Counted from the first letter of the stretch, positions 1-13,887 are shown. The stretch: DNA of 64,000 nt from Phoronis australis (GCA_002633005.1 NMRA01000048.1:920479-984478); one strand, 5' to 3'. Notes: generated by a model not told the origin, from the letters alone. Numbers and translations: made by a program.

Positions 1-542
1 TATTGACTCATATCACTGTTATTGTCTGTATTTTTTAACTTAAGCGACCGAAGTGCGATAGGTTTCTGAAGCAGACAACGATTCCACGGTCCCGGACCAA
101 CGACAACAAACACCACAAACCCAGCGCGGCAATACAAAATCCACACCGGCGCCCTAAAACTCCAAAAATGCATCGAAAAAATCCGTATATAGGAAGCAAG
201 TTTATAGAATAATTGCTCAATTACAGGGTGCGAACGGGATATCGTACACGCCGCGGCAGGTTTGGTGTTTGCGAGACCGGGGCTGGGGCGGTTTAGGAGA
301 TCGCCTGACGTTGACTGAATTTAGAGGCGCAGTCATAGATACGTTTCCAACCCTTAAACTTGACTGCTAAAAATCGGAGGGACACACAAAACATCCTCAC
401 GTAGAAAATTGACTTGGTATCGTTGCTATTACACCTTTTTAAATGATTTTTGAAGGTTAAAAAAACTGAGTTTTGCGAAATGAAAATGCAGGGAATTATG
501 AATGGAAAATTAAAATAACACACTCACTCATGCGTTTTGTAA

Positions 543-1562
<1,020 letters not shown>

Positions 1563-1818
1563 TAAGTCAAGTTTAAGTGTTCAGAAACAGACTTGTGAAT
1601 GCATGGATAGTTTTTGTTTATTTCTGCATGCATGTAAAGTGGACATTCCCTTATATGGAGGTAAATAAGCAATTTGTTCGTAATCGTGTGAATGTACTCG
1701 TTTTAATTGTTAACTACCGGTAATTTTATTTGAAGTCATTAAATTGTAAATGACTAATGTGTTGCTATGTTAATAAATTATCGGTGTTGTAATTAAAATT
1801 CTGTTTTTATAATTCATT

Positions 1819-2095
1819 CATTATGTTCAATTTTAACATAAGCACTTGTGAACCATTTTAAGTCAGTGCCGAGAGTTCAAGTTGTTCCAATACAGATACG
1901 CATGCGCCACTCATTAGGTTCAATTTTAACATAAGCACTTGTGAACCATTTTAAGTCAGTGCCGAGAGTTCAAGTTGTTCCAATACAGATACGCATGCGC
2001 CACTCATTATGTTCAATTTCAACATAAGCACTTGTGAACCATTTTGAGTCCGTGCCGAGAGTTCAAGTTGTTCCAATACAGATACGCATGCGCCA
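1819..2095. repeat. Tandem repeat, 93-bp unit x3, just downstream of the actin poly(A) signal
   Basis: Unit cattatgttcaattttaacataagcacttgtgaacc...gcatgcgccact starts at 1819, 1912 and 2005. Confidence 0.95.
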
Positions 2096-2427
2096 CAGCT
2101 TTACTTGACTTACAGAAGCAGACGGCCATCTCTTGTCTTAAACTGTTTTTGGGCTGTTTTCAAAAAGTAAAATTAATGGACAGAATTATTCATCGTTTAC
2201 ACGAACGCGGGAGTTTAAACGGGCGACAAATGCATGTGTGCGTATTTAGACCTATGCGCCTATAACCGTAATAATAATTATACGCTTTTCCAATGAAAGA
2301 CTTGGCTCAAGGGGTTCGCATGCGTCTAACAGACAATTGCAGTTGTAGCCTACATATCTTTACTGAGTCTTTTTCGTGTTTTGTTTGTCCATTTTTAGTA
2401 CGTTTCATTTGAAGCGTTAAAACACGT

Positions 2428-2700
2428 GGTTTAAGTAAAAAACAGGTGTAATTTACGCCTAACTTACCGAAAAGTGGTCTCAAGTCGTTTCTTTGTCAAT
2501 CTTGAAATAATTTCAGGAATTAGAAAGTACTGACAGTTCGTTAGTGCTTGAGACCAGGCTTATAAGATCACGGCATCTGCCAGGTTGATCTGGAGAAATA
2601 ACGGATATACTGGTTCTCACTAGACTTACCGAGCCCAGAGACCACTTTTAAGCTACGTAAAGTACAAGACCAGTTCCATAACGGTAAATGTTTTAAACCA
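2428..2700. mobile_element. Degenerate palindromic MITE-like element
   Basis: Inverted pair aaaagtggtctc (2470-2481) / gagaccactttt (2638-2649), with further nested inverted matches. Confidence 0.4.
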
Positions 2701-3189
2701 AAGTAAATGGCGCTTTAATAGCTAGTATCAAGTAGAATACACGTCAACAATGACTGGCATTTTGTAAGGGAATATTATATATTAGTCGAGTTTTATTCAG
2801 TTTGAAAATTGCTCCTCGATTTGAAGGGACATTACGCTTTTGCAATCGAAACTCCTAATTTTGGGATTAATGTTGAATGGGGTAATTTTTGAAGTTCATA
2901 ACCGTCATCAGAGCTATAAAACAATAGAATACGCTGTTTTTTTAAAATTTGATTACAAGTAGTCAATTCCCGCCGTTGTCTGGCAGACATTCGCTGAATG
3001 TCGCTGAATGTCTACCATTTCAACAGACTCACACCCTGTTATTTTTACGCGTAGAATTTACCTCAACCGCAGAGCTTTCGGCTGCTATTGCGGAGTCAGG
3101 GGATCGATTCCGCTTTAACGTTTATTTTTGTCAATCTACTTTTCCCGCTGAGAATGTCCCTTCAATCAGTTTTCCCGTTTAATTACGGA

Positions 3190-3408
3190 TATAGGACCAG
3201 TTTCACATGGGAGCACGAGCGAAAATTCGCGCATCCACATATATAAAAAATGAATTATCAAAAAGTAAATTTTGACTCCCTAACGATTATCTGGGTTTCA
3301 GTTTGTGAGCCAAAAGAAAATGCTCCTTTAGCACAGAACACTTTCAGTAAATCACACCAAAGGAGAAATATACTGAATACTTCAAACTCGTGCTCAACTG
3401 GTCTTTAT
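3190..3408. mobile_element. MITE-like element with imperfect terminal inverted repeats
   Basis: ataggaccagtt...gagcacgag at the left end versus ctcgtgctc.aactggtctttat at the right end. Confidence 0.45.
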
Positions 3409-3569
3409 AGCAATGTAATCCAATGAAAGTGTCCCTAAAAAGCCCTCTTCATACTTCAAACATAAGTCTTGAATTGTAAAGGTGCACTACGTGAATTGGG
3501 TATTTTGTGACACATTCTGCGACTACGTCTTTTCTTCATTTCTAAAATCTGTCCATTTAAATGAACCTG

Positions 3570-5040
3570 TAGCCTATCAACATTGGCACAATGTTTCTGT
3601 CGGTCCTTTCTTCGGCCATCTTAACATGTTTTTCATGCGTGCACCCAGCCTAAAGTATAGGGAGCCCCGGGGGCTAGAATTTTTTGGTGTGCGGACCTTT
3701 TACTGAAAGAAATCGACGAGGACTAAAAAAAACGGGGCCACCAGGTTCAGGCCCACAAATCCCGTGGGATTCTGTGGGCTTTTGTCTCGTTTACTCGGAC
3801 TTTTTGTTTCACTGAGGCGCCCAATTCGCCACATTGGGTGGCTCGTTCGAGCGCCCATGTTCTTCAAAGAAGGCTGCAACACTTGAAGATGGCTGGAGAA
3901 AGGACCTACGGAAACCTTGTGCCAATGTAAATAGGCAAGAAATTGACAGCTATTTACCAAATTTCATGAAAATCCAAAGATACAAAGGCAAACGCAAAAA
4001 AAATAAATTGCGATTAAGAACCACAAGACAATGAGTTTCAAACATACAGGACAACAAAAAATAATAAAATTGCCAATAAGGGGCACAGCGGTAATCGGAT
4101 CCATACAAATATCGTCGTTGTCCATTGTCAATTTCATATAAATACACTTGACAAATTTACTTAAGATCCTGCAGAGGGTTTGGGAGACACAGCCAGACGA
4201 AAAAAAAACTGCCACAAGGAGGCGCCAAAGTAGTCTGAGGCCAAAAATAATCAGCCGTCCTCTTAACAGTAGAAACCATACTTAAAGTGGTTTGGTTGAA
4301 AGAGGAGCGGACGCCAAAAACAAACTAGAAAACAGTAAAAATGGCCAGTAGATGGCGCAAAATACGTCGCATCCATTTGAAAACAGGTACATGACATCGT
4401 TTCTGTAATAGGAAGCTATTTACCAAATTCATCAAGAACTTCAGAAAAAAGGAAAAAAATAAAATTGCGTCTAGGAGGCACAGTGTGCATGGTATACGAC
4501 GTAATAACGATCCTGCAGAGAGCTTAGGAGATACAACCATGAGCGCAAAAAAGCCACTAGGTAGGAGGCATCACATTAGTCGAAGTCATCCGAAAATCAG
4601 AGTCGTTTGACATCCTCTTTAAAGTAAGAACATATATAACATGCCAATTTTCAAAATCATATTTAGAGTGGTTTGGTTGATAGTGGGGGATACATCGAAA
4701 ACAGTAAAAAGGGCACTAGGTGGCGCAAAATACCTTAAATGCATCCAAAAATGGAAAGACCGTGTCATCTCACAAACAGATGCCTATCAAATTTTATGAA
4801 AATATGTTGAGGAGCTTTGAAAACAGAGGTAAAGGTATACAACTAAAATTGCCACTTGGGAGCACACAGGTAGTCGGATCTGTCCAAAAGTTTATTCATG
4901 CTGTCCCATTCACGAAAGCAAGAAAGCAACCCATATGCAAAACTTCACGAATATCAAAGGGTTTTTTTTGGAGATACAGCAGTGGACGCCAGATGGACAG
5001 GGCATAATGCACCTACATTCAAGTGTGTGGGTGCATAAAA
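3570..5040. repeat. Degenerate interspersed repeat region with internal direct repeats and a ~55-bp inverted repeat
   Basis: 3574-3625 is the imperfect reverse complement of 3883-3938. Recurring modules include gctatttaccaaatt(t)cat, gatcctgcagag...ggagatac and agtggtttggttga. Confidence 0.5.
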
Positions 5041-5619
5041 ATGTTGTTACATCACAACCAGGAAGTTTTTACCTTTGTTATTAAAACAGTATCCTTTCAT
5101 CATAGGTTAACTGCTCATAAATCATACACCAAAAAGTGTCTGCGACTTTCCCACTGACCACGGATGACTGAGTATGCATCATGTCCAGAACCTATGATAA
5201 TGGCTCACTTTAATGTCAGTTTTAGTAGTAAGAGTTAAGCTAGTCAAATAGCTGATTGCTTGCTGCCCTTTTGATCACAAAAAGATGCACATGTCATGTT
5301 GGTGTCCCGACAAGAGATCAATTTGAAAAAATAGCACAGCACCATAATATTTGTAAAATCTAAAATATCAGAAGTAGGTCACTATCCACTCACCTATTGT
5401 GTGTTGTGTGTTAAGTTGCGTAGCTAATTACGTTTAGGTTTTCGATTATCCCGGACAAAGACCAATCAAACTGGAAGGAACTAATGAGTGAGTCAGACAT
5501 GGGCTAGAATACTAACAACATCTGCAGTGGATGATAACTAAAAATATATTTAAAAAACTCCTAAGCATTGCATTTATTGTCAATGCTATTAACTAAATGG
5601 GACTATTACATCAAAGGTT

Positions 5620-8600
5620 TCATTTCTCAGTATAATCTTCCAAGACACCAGCCAAATGTTCATTTAACTTCTTGAATGTCTTGTTCCGTTTCCCGCCTTT
5701 TCTCCGTTTCTGAACAGGAGCGACTTTCTTTATGCCAAAGTCTTGCATGGAAGATATACCCTGCTTATTCAAATACTCGTCTATCTTATCCTCGTCTACA
5801 CCGTCAACCGCAACACTCCTCCACAGTTTTTGCAGTTCTTCATCTACCGAAAACTGATGGCTTTGGTCATTATAAAACAGGACTTTCTTTTTGGTTGACG
5901 GTGTTGTTATCTCAACTGCATGCCCATGTTTTATTAAGCCTTCCACTCTTTTTTGGGCCTCAGGTAAAGACTCTTCAATATCCTCATAAGCGATACCTGA
6001 AAGACATAAAAACAAGATTCAATCTGTATGTAATTGTGTAGTTACAAAGCAGCGTGTTGACGTCGTATGTTAGTCACATCAGATTACAGGTAAGTCTAAA
6101 AAGATCTGTCTGCACGGCAAGTCCCTGGTTCAAATCCTGGTAGAGACAGGAATCTTCTCAAACTTTAGTATAGGTCACGTCATAATTCCCCCTTTAACAA
6201 GAAATGTCGACCTCATATTACAATAGCTCCTAATTATATAAATTCTAGTCATTTAAGGTGTGTAAAGAAAATGTACGAAGGTCCTTCATGCCATTTGATT
6301 TTTTACTATTAAGACAATTCGAGTGACGAAATTCGTTGATGCTAAAGAATTTTAAACATTCATAAATAAAAAACAAAAAATTTTCAATTCATTACCTGAC
6401 TATCGTATATCTGGAAAACATTTGATGGAAGGAATTATTTTTAACGTATCTGACATTATTCACGGGCTAATGAAATATTAAAATGTTAGAAAGAGAACGT
6501 GTTTTGAACAAAAGAACATCTAGCCTGTTCATAACTATGAAAATGTTAACAAGTAATTAAACTCAATTACGTAAGCATTATTAGCAAGCGTTTAACGTAC
6601 CTGACTGTGTTAGTGTTTTCGATGTTAACAGGTAGTACTATTAACTATTACAGTACTTAAATTTGATTAACTATCGTCTTATTGACGTACTTGACACACA
6701 AGCACAAAGTATAAAACTTATTTAAAAGTACTGGACATAAGCATAATAGGCTTACAGCTAACACAAATGTAATTGAATTTCTAACTTGCACTAGTCTACG
6801 TCAGAGTCAGAGTCAAGATAACAGTAATCCTCGTTACGCAGTCTGAACTGCCGTCTGCTTCTGCTACAGGATGTGGGCTCTTCGATTTTACAAACAATCT
6901 GGTTCAGTTGACACTTGCTATGTTCTGGTTTTTCTGGCCACCGGAATAATCTACAATCTCTTTTGCCCATCACTTCTTCTAAAAATGAAACTTCCACAAT
7001 ACCTCCGTCATTTCCTACAATTTTGCCAGAATAAACGGCATCGTCGCACTCGACAAGAGCAAAACTGTCAATCACTAGGATGTCAATTGTGTCGCTTTAT
7101 CTGTGTTCTTCTACTTCTACATTTGTTTCCATTATTTTCACTCTTTCTCTCTTTCCTCGCTCTGATCATTTTCTTCTCTTTCTTTTCTTGGTGATTTCAG
7201 CTTTCCATTGTGCACATGGCTCTCTGCTCAAGCATTTCTTACAGTAACAAAATACTTCCCAGTTGAAAAGCTTGGTTCCTATTAGGAACAGAGCGTGTAA
7301 CTTCATTGTTCCTGAAATTGTGTTTGGTTTTCTGGACTCCATCCCCTTGCCGCTTTCCTCATACTCTGCTGCCTAATAAAATACATATTGGATGCTTTAT
7401 GCGTTGCTGCTTGCCCATTGGAAAAAGTCCCTGTCGCGCCCCGAGTCTGAGGCCTGGCGTTTGGCAACCCCACCTAGGCCATCCAGGGCCCCTTACCATG
7501 GCCAGCTTCAAAGTAATTCCACCTGGCTTTTGCGTTGAAGATGTCTGTGTGATTATGGACAATCTCAATTTGTTTCTGTATTGGGAGGATGGACTGTTTG
7601 TCCAGTAGTTAATAACTTTCAGGTCAGGCAGCAAGATTTTCAGTTCTGGCATAAGCTTCTTGAGGATTGTGTGTACAGCAGTGGAGTTATGGTTTGTTAC
7701 ATAGGCGGATGCCCCAAAAAATAAAACAGCAAGAGCGTAGGGAAATGTTGAGTTTATTAATTAACCCCGGTAATTAACATTATACGGCGGAAAAAAGATT
7801 GAAATGTGTGCAGTTTTAGTGTTTGGGGGGAGGGGGGTCTCAGATCCAATTTCAAGTGTCATATTCGGAACACGGCTAATAGTAACGGAACTATGGCTAA
7901 GTATAGGCTCTCCTGCGCACTATGACTCCCTTTCTCCGTCGTCTGCTTCACTGTGCAATGAAGAAAATTACTTCATTTTTTAAAGAAAATGGAATCTGAG
8001 TGACAATGAAAAAAACAGAAGCTGCTGATAAGATGTGAATTTTAATCGAAGCCTTAGTGAATCCCTCAGAAACTCACAATTCTCTCTTTGTCAAACCTTA
8101 AGACGATTTCCAAAGCAATCGCGTCATTAATGCCAACACAAAATAACGGATTTGGTCTTTTGGGCAATTGAAGACTATTTTAAATACAACAAATTTGTTA
8201 GGAACTGATTGCACAAAATATAAAAAGTGTAATAAACATTTCAAAAAGAAGTAGGTTTCGCGCGCAAACGCTGTGGACCATAAACAAGTAGGTCTCTTAG
8301 TATCAAATTACCAGCGAAATTCGTGGTGGTATAGTGGTAAAGCATGCGTGCTCTAAACGCCAGGTCGTGAGTTCGAGTCTGTGGTAATTGCAGTTTTTCA
8401 AGATTGACACGTTCTCCGTGTTTTTTATTTCTTTGCCTTTTTTTCTTGGATAATACTTCAGGAGTCAAGGAAAATGCTCGATTTTTAGACAAAAAACAGA
8501 AAAATTTTCCTGGGCGGGAGGGAAGCAAACCCCCCTCCTGACCTCCCCCCATTCGGTGCTATGCGCATCTACATTACAATCAGGCTTTGTGCAAATGTTT

Positions 8601-11486
8601 ACAGACAAAATGTTGGCCCCCCATGTAATATCCTAGATCCGCCACTGTGTTACCTCAGAAACAAAAATGGAAGTTCTTGTGTTACAGTACTTCCTTTCTA
8701 TAGTATACGATGACAGGGTGGACAGTAACTGCTGTACAGTTCCAGTAAGTGCTTTGTATTTCATCCGCATTGCTACATGTGAAGTTTTCTGCAAAATCCA
8801 TGTGCACAAGCATTTCATTTTGTGGCAGATCAGCCTTTAGTTCTCAGATAGCCTAGTATTGAGTTTTAACTCTGGATACATGTTGCAAAAATTCTTTGTA
8901 CTGATGTTGCATATGGGTTTTAAATTCGTCTTGTGCCAGGCTTGTCTTCGCTATGTTCATTTTCTTTTTTCCGTCTACTTCTACTCGTTTCCATTCTTCA
9001 AATTCCACATTGTCCTGCAAAGTGCCGTCTATCATTTCTCTCATTTTGTCTTCAATTACATTCTTGCTCACTGTTTCAGCGTTTGGCGAAATTTCAATCC
9101 CAAGAGACCACAGATATTTTAGCTTCATAGCGAAATTCTAATGTTTGCTACAGACAACTATTTCTAGTTATCAGTTTAGTGAGTAGAATGTATTTGGGAC
9201 GAAGGCGGCAAAAGACAGCATCGGAAATTTTTATGTCTGGATTTTCTGATGTTAACTTTCCGTGTACGTAAGTTTGTCAAGTAATCACTTAGTACACGAG
9301 TTTGGTGTTTTTCACTCATGGTTCCAATTTCTGTTTTCTTGCAGTCATTCTTCCCAGGTATATTCACGCTGTTGTCATCTCTTTCCATGAAGTTGACTAC
9401 ACGTTTCTTGATCACTTCTCGACTTTCAGCAAATTTTCTCTTTCTGGACACAGCAATGGTTCTTTTTGTTCTAGCGCTTTTCAATACACTGCAGGCTAAG
9501 CCCGTTTCTTTGCTCATCATTTCAATAGATCTGTGTTTTCTTATAAAGCTCCCCCTGATGACATTTGCGATCACTCGCCCTTTCTTTTGCGTTGTTTTTC
9601 GCTTTTGACAATTTGATCTCAGCAATCATAGCGTTTGTCATAACTAGCTTTTTCTTAATGCTGTTAAAAAACTTTTCTGGGTGTAAGGCTTGTAAGCCCG
9701 AGTTTGCATATATCTGCATTTGACTTTGATTTTGGTGTGCCTTTTGTCTGTTCATTTGATATTGTACTTTGTTTGGCTGACTACTGGTTTGCTTTTGCAA
9801 TTCTTTCATTTCGCTTTCAAAGCTTTTTGTTCTCTCTGGTGAGTTTGATTAATTTTTGTTCCAGAGTACTTATTCTGGCAGCTGTTCGTAGTGCTTTAGA
9901 CCTTTTCTGTGATCTTTTTCTTAGTTCGAAGTTTAATTTAACTATCATTGATTGGCACCCAGACACAGTTGTTGAACTTTCAAATGATGCTCCCTCACCA
10001 CTGTTATCATTATTTTCTTGTTCATTTTATTTCGATTGTTGTGTACGTTTCTTAATGTTTTCCCAACTTTGTCTTTTAAAAGTTCTGTTTTCTCTCTTAA
10101 TTCACACTGTTTTGCCTCAATTAGAGCAGTAATAGGAAGTTTGTACTGTTTGGTTCATTGCCTTTCCTTTTTTAGAAAATCTTTGTCATTCAATTTTTTC
10201 TCTATACTCTTTTTGGTACTGGGCCCTCATTTTGCCCATCTGTGAGTATGTCAGGTACGTTAACAAACGAGTCATGTACGTTAGTTGGTGTTTACATATG
10301 TGTCACGTATTTATTTTTTATCAATTGGTGAAAATATTTGTGTTGAAATAGCTAACAATTTGTCTTCATATTGGAATAATTTTGTAAACTTAAATGCTAT
10401 TCTTACCTCGATTATGTTTGATTTATTTTTAGCGTGAGACGTTTAAAAGAAGACAACGCTTCCCGCGCAGTAATCAGGAATAGTAACATGCTTCCTACAC
10501 GTGTAAACAATAGTGTGTATGCCTTTGCGCCTATTTTCAGCACAATGAAATGAGCGTAGGCGACTATAATGCATGTGACGCTTTGAATTCAATTGTTGTT
10601 CACGTCCTTGACTTTAATGTACTTGACGGTCACTTTTTATTTTTATATTTCTCAATCAACTGTTGTATGGTAAACATTTAGTTTACTGGCCGTGGCCAAA
10701 ATGATACTCCTACATTTTCCTGAAGATTTTTGTGCTTTGACCACGAATTTCTTGCGAACTCAGTGAAGCAGGACACTGTAAATGGTATTGAGAGAAGGAA
10801 CAATTCCTCATGGTTTGTTGAACATCTGTTTTCTGTAAATTTATTGAGCTTTGTGTTTGCTATGGACGGCTGAAGTGAAGCACCCATGGAATTTCTAGTT
10901 CAGAGTGTCATACCTTGTAGTATTATATAGTGTATTGTGGACGATCAGAAGCTGAGGATGCCTGTACACCGGAAGCACTTTCACAACAGTATATTGCATA
11001 CATACCTCCCAAGCCTTGTTGATCAAATTTATCGAGAAGGCGCAATAAAGCCTTTCTACTTCGAATGTTGAACTTTGGCTTATAAGCAAACTTGTCACCA
11101 TCAATAACTTCAATTTTCGGATTGTTCTGCAATGCCTCTGTCTTCAGCCAATGCCTTATTTTTCCAGAAACGTCCAACTGCTTGCTTTCATCGAGGATTT
11201 CTTCCATAGTTAGTTCATGGCAAAATCCTTGTTGGTGGCGTGTTTTCATGAAATTAACAATTTTTCTTAAAACACCAAATTTGTACTGGGAGCTTCCTTG
11301 ATGTGTCTTGTAGTCGAACGAAACCAGCTTGTCTTGAGCTGGTTTTGGTTTATGAAAAGCCGACTTCGATTTCTTTTTATACAAAGAATCCTCTGTTTTT
11401 AGCTTTTTAGGCTTGGCTTCGACAGTTGGTTGAGCTAACGCTCTTTTTTTGAAAAGCTCTCTTTCTTTTAAAAGCGCTGGGTCCAT
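5620..11486 (-). CDS. GTF2E2: General transcription factor IIE subunit 2 (TFIIE-beta); exons 11486-11006 and 5996-5620
   Basis: Exon 1 reads [23 protein letters not shown]...[14 protein letters not shown]...[13 protein letters not shown]...QQGLG. Exon 2 reads [12 protein letters not shown]...[14 protein letters not shown]...[11 protein letters not shown]. The phase-1 GTATGT...TTTCAG intron (5997-11005) joins them in frame. Confidence 0.96.
6105..6160 (+). mobile_element. tRNA-derived SINE-like fragment
   Basis: B-box ggttcaaatcc followed by ggtagagacagga. A similar reverse-strand fragment lies at ~57366-57402. Confidence 0.35.
6791..10239 (-). pseudogene. Frameshifted DDE-type transposase pseudogene (DFxENY / [11 protein letters not shown] / GHGKGPxDG class; Sola-like spacing, superfamily uncertain)
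   Basis: Minus-strand fragments read [15 protein letters not shown]..., [25 protein letters not shown]...EIQSTYWN...VHPVVVYY (~8700-8807), [13 protein letters not shown] (putative catalytic D to N), [21 protein letters not shown] (frameshift), and a C-terminal FRWPEKPE domain. Confidence 0.8.
7700..8647. mobile_element. hAT-like non-autonomous element (family A, copy 1) nested in the transposase, 5-bp TSD TGTTA
   Basis: Termini CATAGGCGGAT / ATCCGCCACTG with TGTTA on both sides. Highly similar to 45623-46383 and 53451-54116. Confidence 0.9.
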
Positions 11487-11937
11487 TTTGAGTCGTAGCA
11501 AGTCGATAAATCGTCGATATATGAAAAGTGAGCGATCCCTTTCTCGACTTATTTCACTGATAGGACGCAGACATATTTTTTCCAAAACGAGACAAGTTTT
11601 ACGGAAGTTGTCGAGCCTTGGTCGGAGGAAGCCGCTTGATAAAACATGACCCACATCCGGGTGACCTCATACTTTCAAAATGGAGTTGAGTTGTTGCTAG
11701 TTGTCTGGGAATGCATACAAGAAAGATGAATTTTGTCATGTCACCGTCATAGAGATAGCATTTGATTCACTTTTTGAGTCTGGAACTATTATTTAGATTC
11801 ATCTTGTTCACGATTCATAAAATTTTTGGTTACAGAGAAAAATATCCACCCTTGTCAAGTTGACGTTGACAAGACTTTGCCACATAGTTTTCATTGGCAA
11901 CCGGCGATTAAGCAAGAGTTCCTTGACTAGCGGTAGG
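11487..11937. promoter_or_regulatory. Putative bidirectional promoter for GTF2E2 (-) and IFT140 (+), including a probable non-coding IFT140 first exon ending at a donor near 11932-11937
   Basis: Head-to-head gene arrangement. Donor-like cg|gtaggtaaat here, and an acceptor at 13876 just before the IFT140 ATG, imply an upstream UTR exon. Confidence 0.6.
11887..11901 (+). promoter_or_regulatory. X-box-like (RFX) motif
   Basis: GTTTTCATTGGCAAC has a perfect GGCAAC half-site and sits at the presumed IFT140 5' end. RFX control of IFT genes is established. Confidence 0.55.
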
Positions 11938-13614
11938 TAAATATCAATGTTTTGCTGTATGAGTGAGCAGTGTTAAGTAGGTTGGGATACTTAATTGTAC
12001 TTTTTGTCTGTGTTAATTAAAACCTTTGAGGGTCGCTTCAGGGTAAGACTGTTATTTTCAATGACAAGTTGTTATCAATTTATTATTTATGATTAGCTTC
12101 AAATGCCTGTCAGTGTCAGTGTCACTTGGTATTAGTTGGGTGGTGGGAAGTGATGCTGTCAGAGATTGACTGTGGGTTTGTTTAAAACGAAGCTATGCTT
12201 TGAGACAGTGCATAGATGGAGAGAGAGTGATTAAATCTAGTAATTGATTTAATATATGATAACCACTAATTAGACAAGTGAGACCCGCTGTTAATTAAGT
12301 AATCAACTACAAAGAGTAACTACCCTACCGCCCTGAATGTCGATCTTCTTAATTTCAGCCCATATTATAATCTACTTATTTAGCAATTGGCTAATAAAAA
12401 CCACATGATCTTATCAAATCATATCATCAATATCACAATTTGCTCTCAGAAATTTCTACAATCTATAGAGTGATTTGACCCAGAACCAAAGTAGTAAACA
12501 CCATATAAAAATAGATTTTGACGTTAAAATACATGTCAGCAAGTTTGACCCCATGGCCCATGATTTAAAAGTACATATGCACAAATTTTGGGCAACTTAA
12601 AATGGATCTATTCTTACTAATTACTTAATCAATATCTATTCTGACATGCAAATTGGTACTTGATGAGAAAAGAAGTCACAAGCGTCAGCATCTGCTGTCA
12701 CATATAAAATTCTGACACTAAGACATAAATCTGTAATACAACTCAATACAAACTAGCCAGCCTACTAGCTGTATGAAGACTGTCGTCAAAATACAGCTAG
12801 GTACCACTGTGTGTATTTCGGAAATTGCACACAGCCAGGGTAGTTGTGAAACTTGTATCAACATGTATAGCTAAAGACCGGACGTGGTGCATGCAAAATC
12901 TGGGAATCAACCGACACCTTGCCCGTTACAGCCGTTTAAGTGAAAAACAATGCAATAAACATCATTTTCTTGCGTAACTCTCCGCCTTTTCTAACAATGA
13001 AAAGTATGTCGTTGCTTTGAAAACGATACGGTCGTGTCACGCGCACGCGCCATTTCCTAAATTTTTGCGACATCTCTCGGGAGATGATGATGGCTTGGCA
13101 GCAGCAAAATTTCTTCTGAAATTCGGTTTTCGGTATCAAAATTCTGAAAACTTATAATGAAGTGAAACCAGTTCCGATAATTTGTTGTGACATGTACGCA
13201 ACCTCGTGAAAGAAGAACAGTTGATTTAAGAATCGGAGAAAAAAGGAACTGACCAATAGGTGACGCAATATTTCATGGCGCTGAAAGCCGTCACTAAAGA
13301 TTGCTTCACAACTTTAGCAGCAGAATAACGGTAGAACGCCATTTTTTTCCAAAGCATTTAAATAATTTAGTTTACTCAAGGAAGACTGTAGTTTTTAATG
13401 ACACTAATTTCGTGTCAGATTTTATCTTACCACTTTTTTACCCACATCGGTGCAAATCTGTATATTTATGAACAGCTTTGTACCAAGGCTAAATACAAAC
13501 ATGGAGTCGTCAGCAACCTGCGATATGTCAATAGTGGGGTAAAAGTTGGCAATACTTCCTTTTGGTGGTTTCAGACACTGATTTTGAGAACGAGACAAAC
13601 TTCTGATATTTAAT

Positions 13615-13689
13615 TAATTAATCTGGTTCTGATAATTAATTAATGAATCTGGTTCTGATAATTAATTAATGAATCTGGTTCTGATAATC
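13615..13689. repeat. Minisatellite, ~26-bp unit x3
   Basis: taattaatgaatctggttctgataat repeated. Confidence 0.85.
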
Positions 13690-13887
13690 AGGAACCACTA
13701 AAGTGATGAATGTGCTGAAATTTAAATAACATTTGAATAAAATGAATCTGGCTTTTGCATTGGTATAGTCTTTGTCTTGAACATGGGTGCCAAATTTCTA
13801 TTAACAAGGGCATGTATGCCAAGCTTGTGGGACACAAGCTTAACTGAATCAAAGCAATATTGATGTCATTTTTCAGAGTAGCCAGTC

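Larger units (their letters stand above)
6250..10640 (-). mobile_element. Decayed DNA transposon in the GTF2E2 intron; termini not resolved
   Basis: Subterminal motif ttaacgtac(c/t)tgac occurs at ~6442, 6592 and 6682, and inverted (gtcaggtacgttaa) at ~10250-10283. It encloses a broken transposase gene. Confidence 0.75.

Noticed and set aside
8320-8382. Functional tRNA gene (possible CTA or TCT anticodon)
   Set aside because: No acceptor stem, poor T stem, and located inside a multicopy MITE. Reported only as a tRNA-like cassette.
11487-11654. 56-codon N-terminal extension of GTF2E2 in the ORF track
   Set aside because: It starts at GTG. The conserved start is MDPALL at 11486.
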